Positions 63,846 to 64,000 of a stretch of DNA of 64,000 nt are shown in pieces. A program made the translations under genes and the position numbers. The stretch covers positions 163,618,001 through 163,682,000 of the forward strand of contig NC_042997.1 of assembly GCF_006345805.1 (NCBI RefSeq). The letters run 5' to 3'. This DNA is from Octopus sinensis (Eukaryota). Under the pieces are notes generated by a model. That model was given only the letters and a program-made list of their open reading frames with translations. It ran no database searches and had not been told where the DNA came from. Each line of letters begins with the position of its first letter. Within the stretch, counting starts at the first letter, position 1.

Positions 63846-64000
63846 AGGAAGGTCCAACAGGATCTGATGAGTTAGAGGACTGCATTGCACATGATAAAGC
63901 AGACATTAGAGTCACATGCAGTTCTTCAGTATGTTGGATTCGAGGACCATCCAACCCATACCACCAAGGTGGAAGATGAATGTTAAATGATGATGGTGGT

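Noticed and set aside
2740-63954. Many 60-160 aa ORFs rich in HT/YI/CV/LS dipeptides or homopolymers
   Set aside because: They are translations of (CA), (TA), (GA) and triplet microsatellites.

Overview
AT-rich, CpG-poor, microsatellite-dense animal genomic DNA. The repeat families resemble those I recall from Octopus (coleoid cephalopod); this is an inference. The window is the internal, mostly intronic part of one + strand gene, a supervillin (SVIL)-like actin-cytoskeleton gene. I resolved seven coding exons with canonical AG/GT sites and consistent phases: 17621-18075, a 26-nt micro-exon at 35860-35885, a 3467-nt exon at 39544-43010 carrying a 16-aa Thr/Ala/Lys/Val/Pro repeat, then 45307-45444, 48379-48579, 50694-51440 and 61888-62014. 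Together they give about 5.16 kb of CDS. The start codon was not located, and the gelsolin/headpiece C-terminus is not in the window. The introns contain three SINE families, RTE-clade LINE remnants, two different full-length but decayed mariner elements, a Chapaev3-like remnant, a MITE-like repeat, a Helentron/HINE-like repeat, and two loci of a Penelope-like element (PLE). The most unusual signal is the PLE 3' module: GIY-YIG stop, then a tRNA-Arg-like A/B-box cassette, then (AAT)n, then a minimal type I hammerhead ribozyme. Both PLE loci have an inverted tail-out architecture, and one predicts a ~0.9 kb hairpin in the pre-mRNA 0.4 kb from a coding exon. All motif assignments were made by eye; no searches were run.
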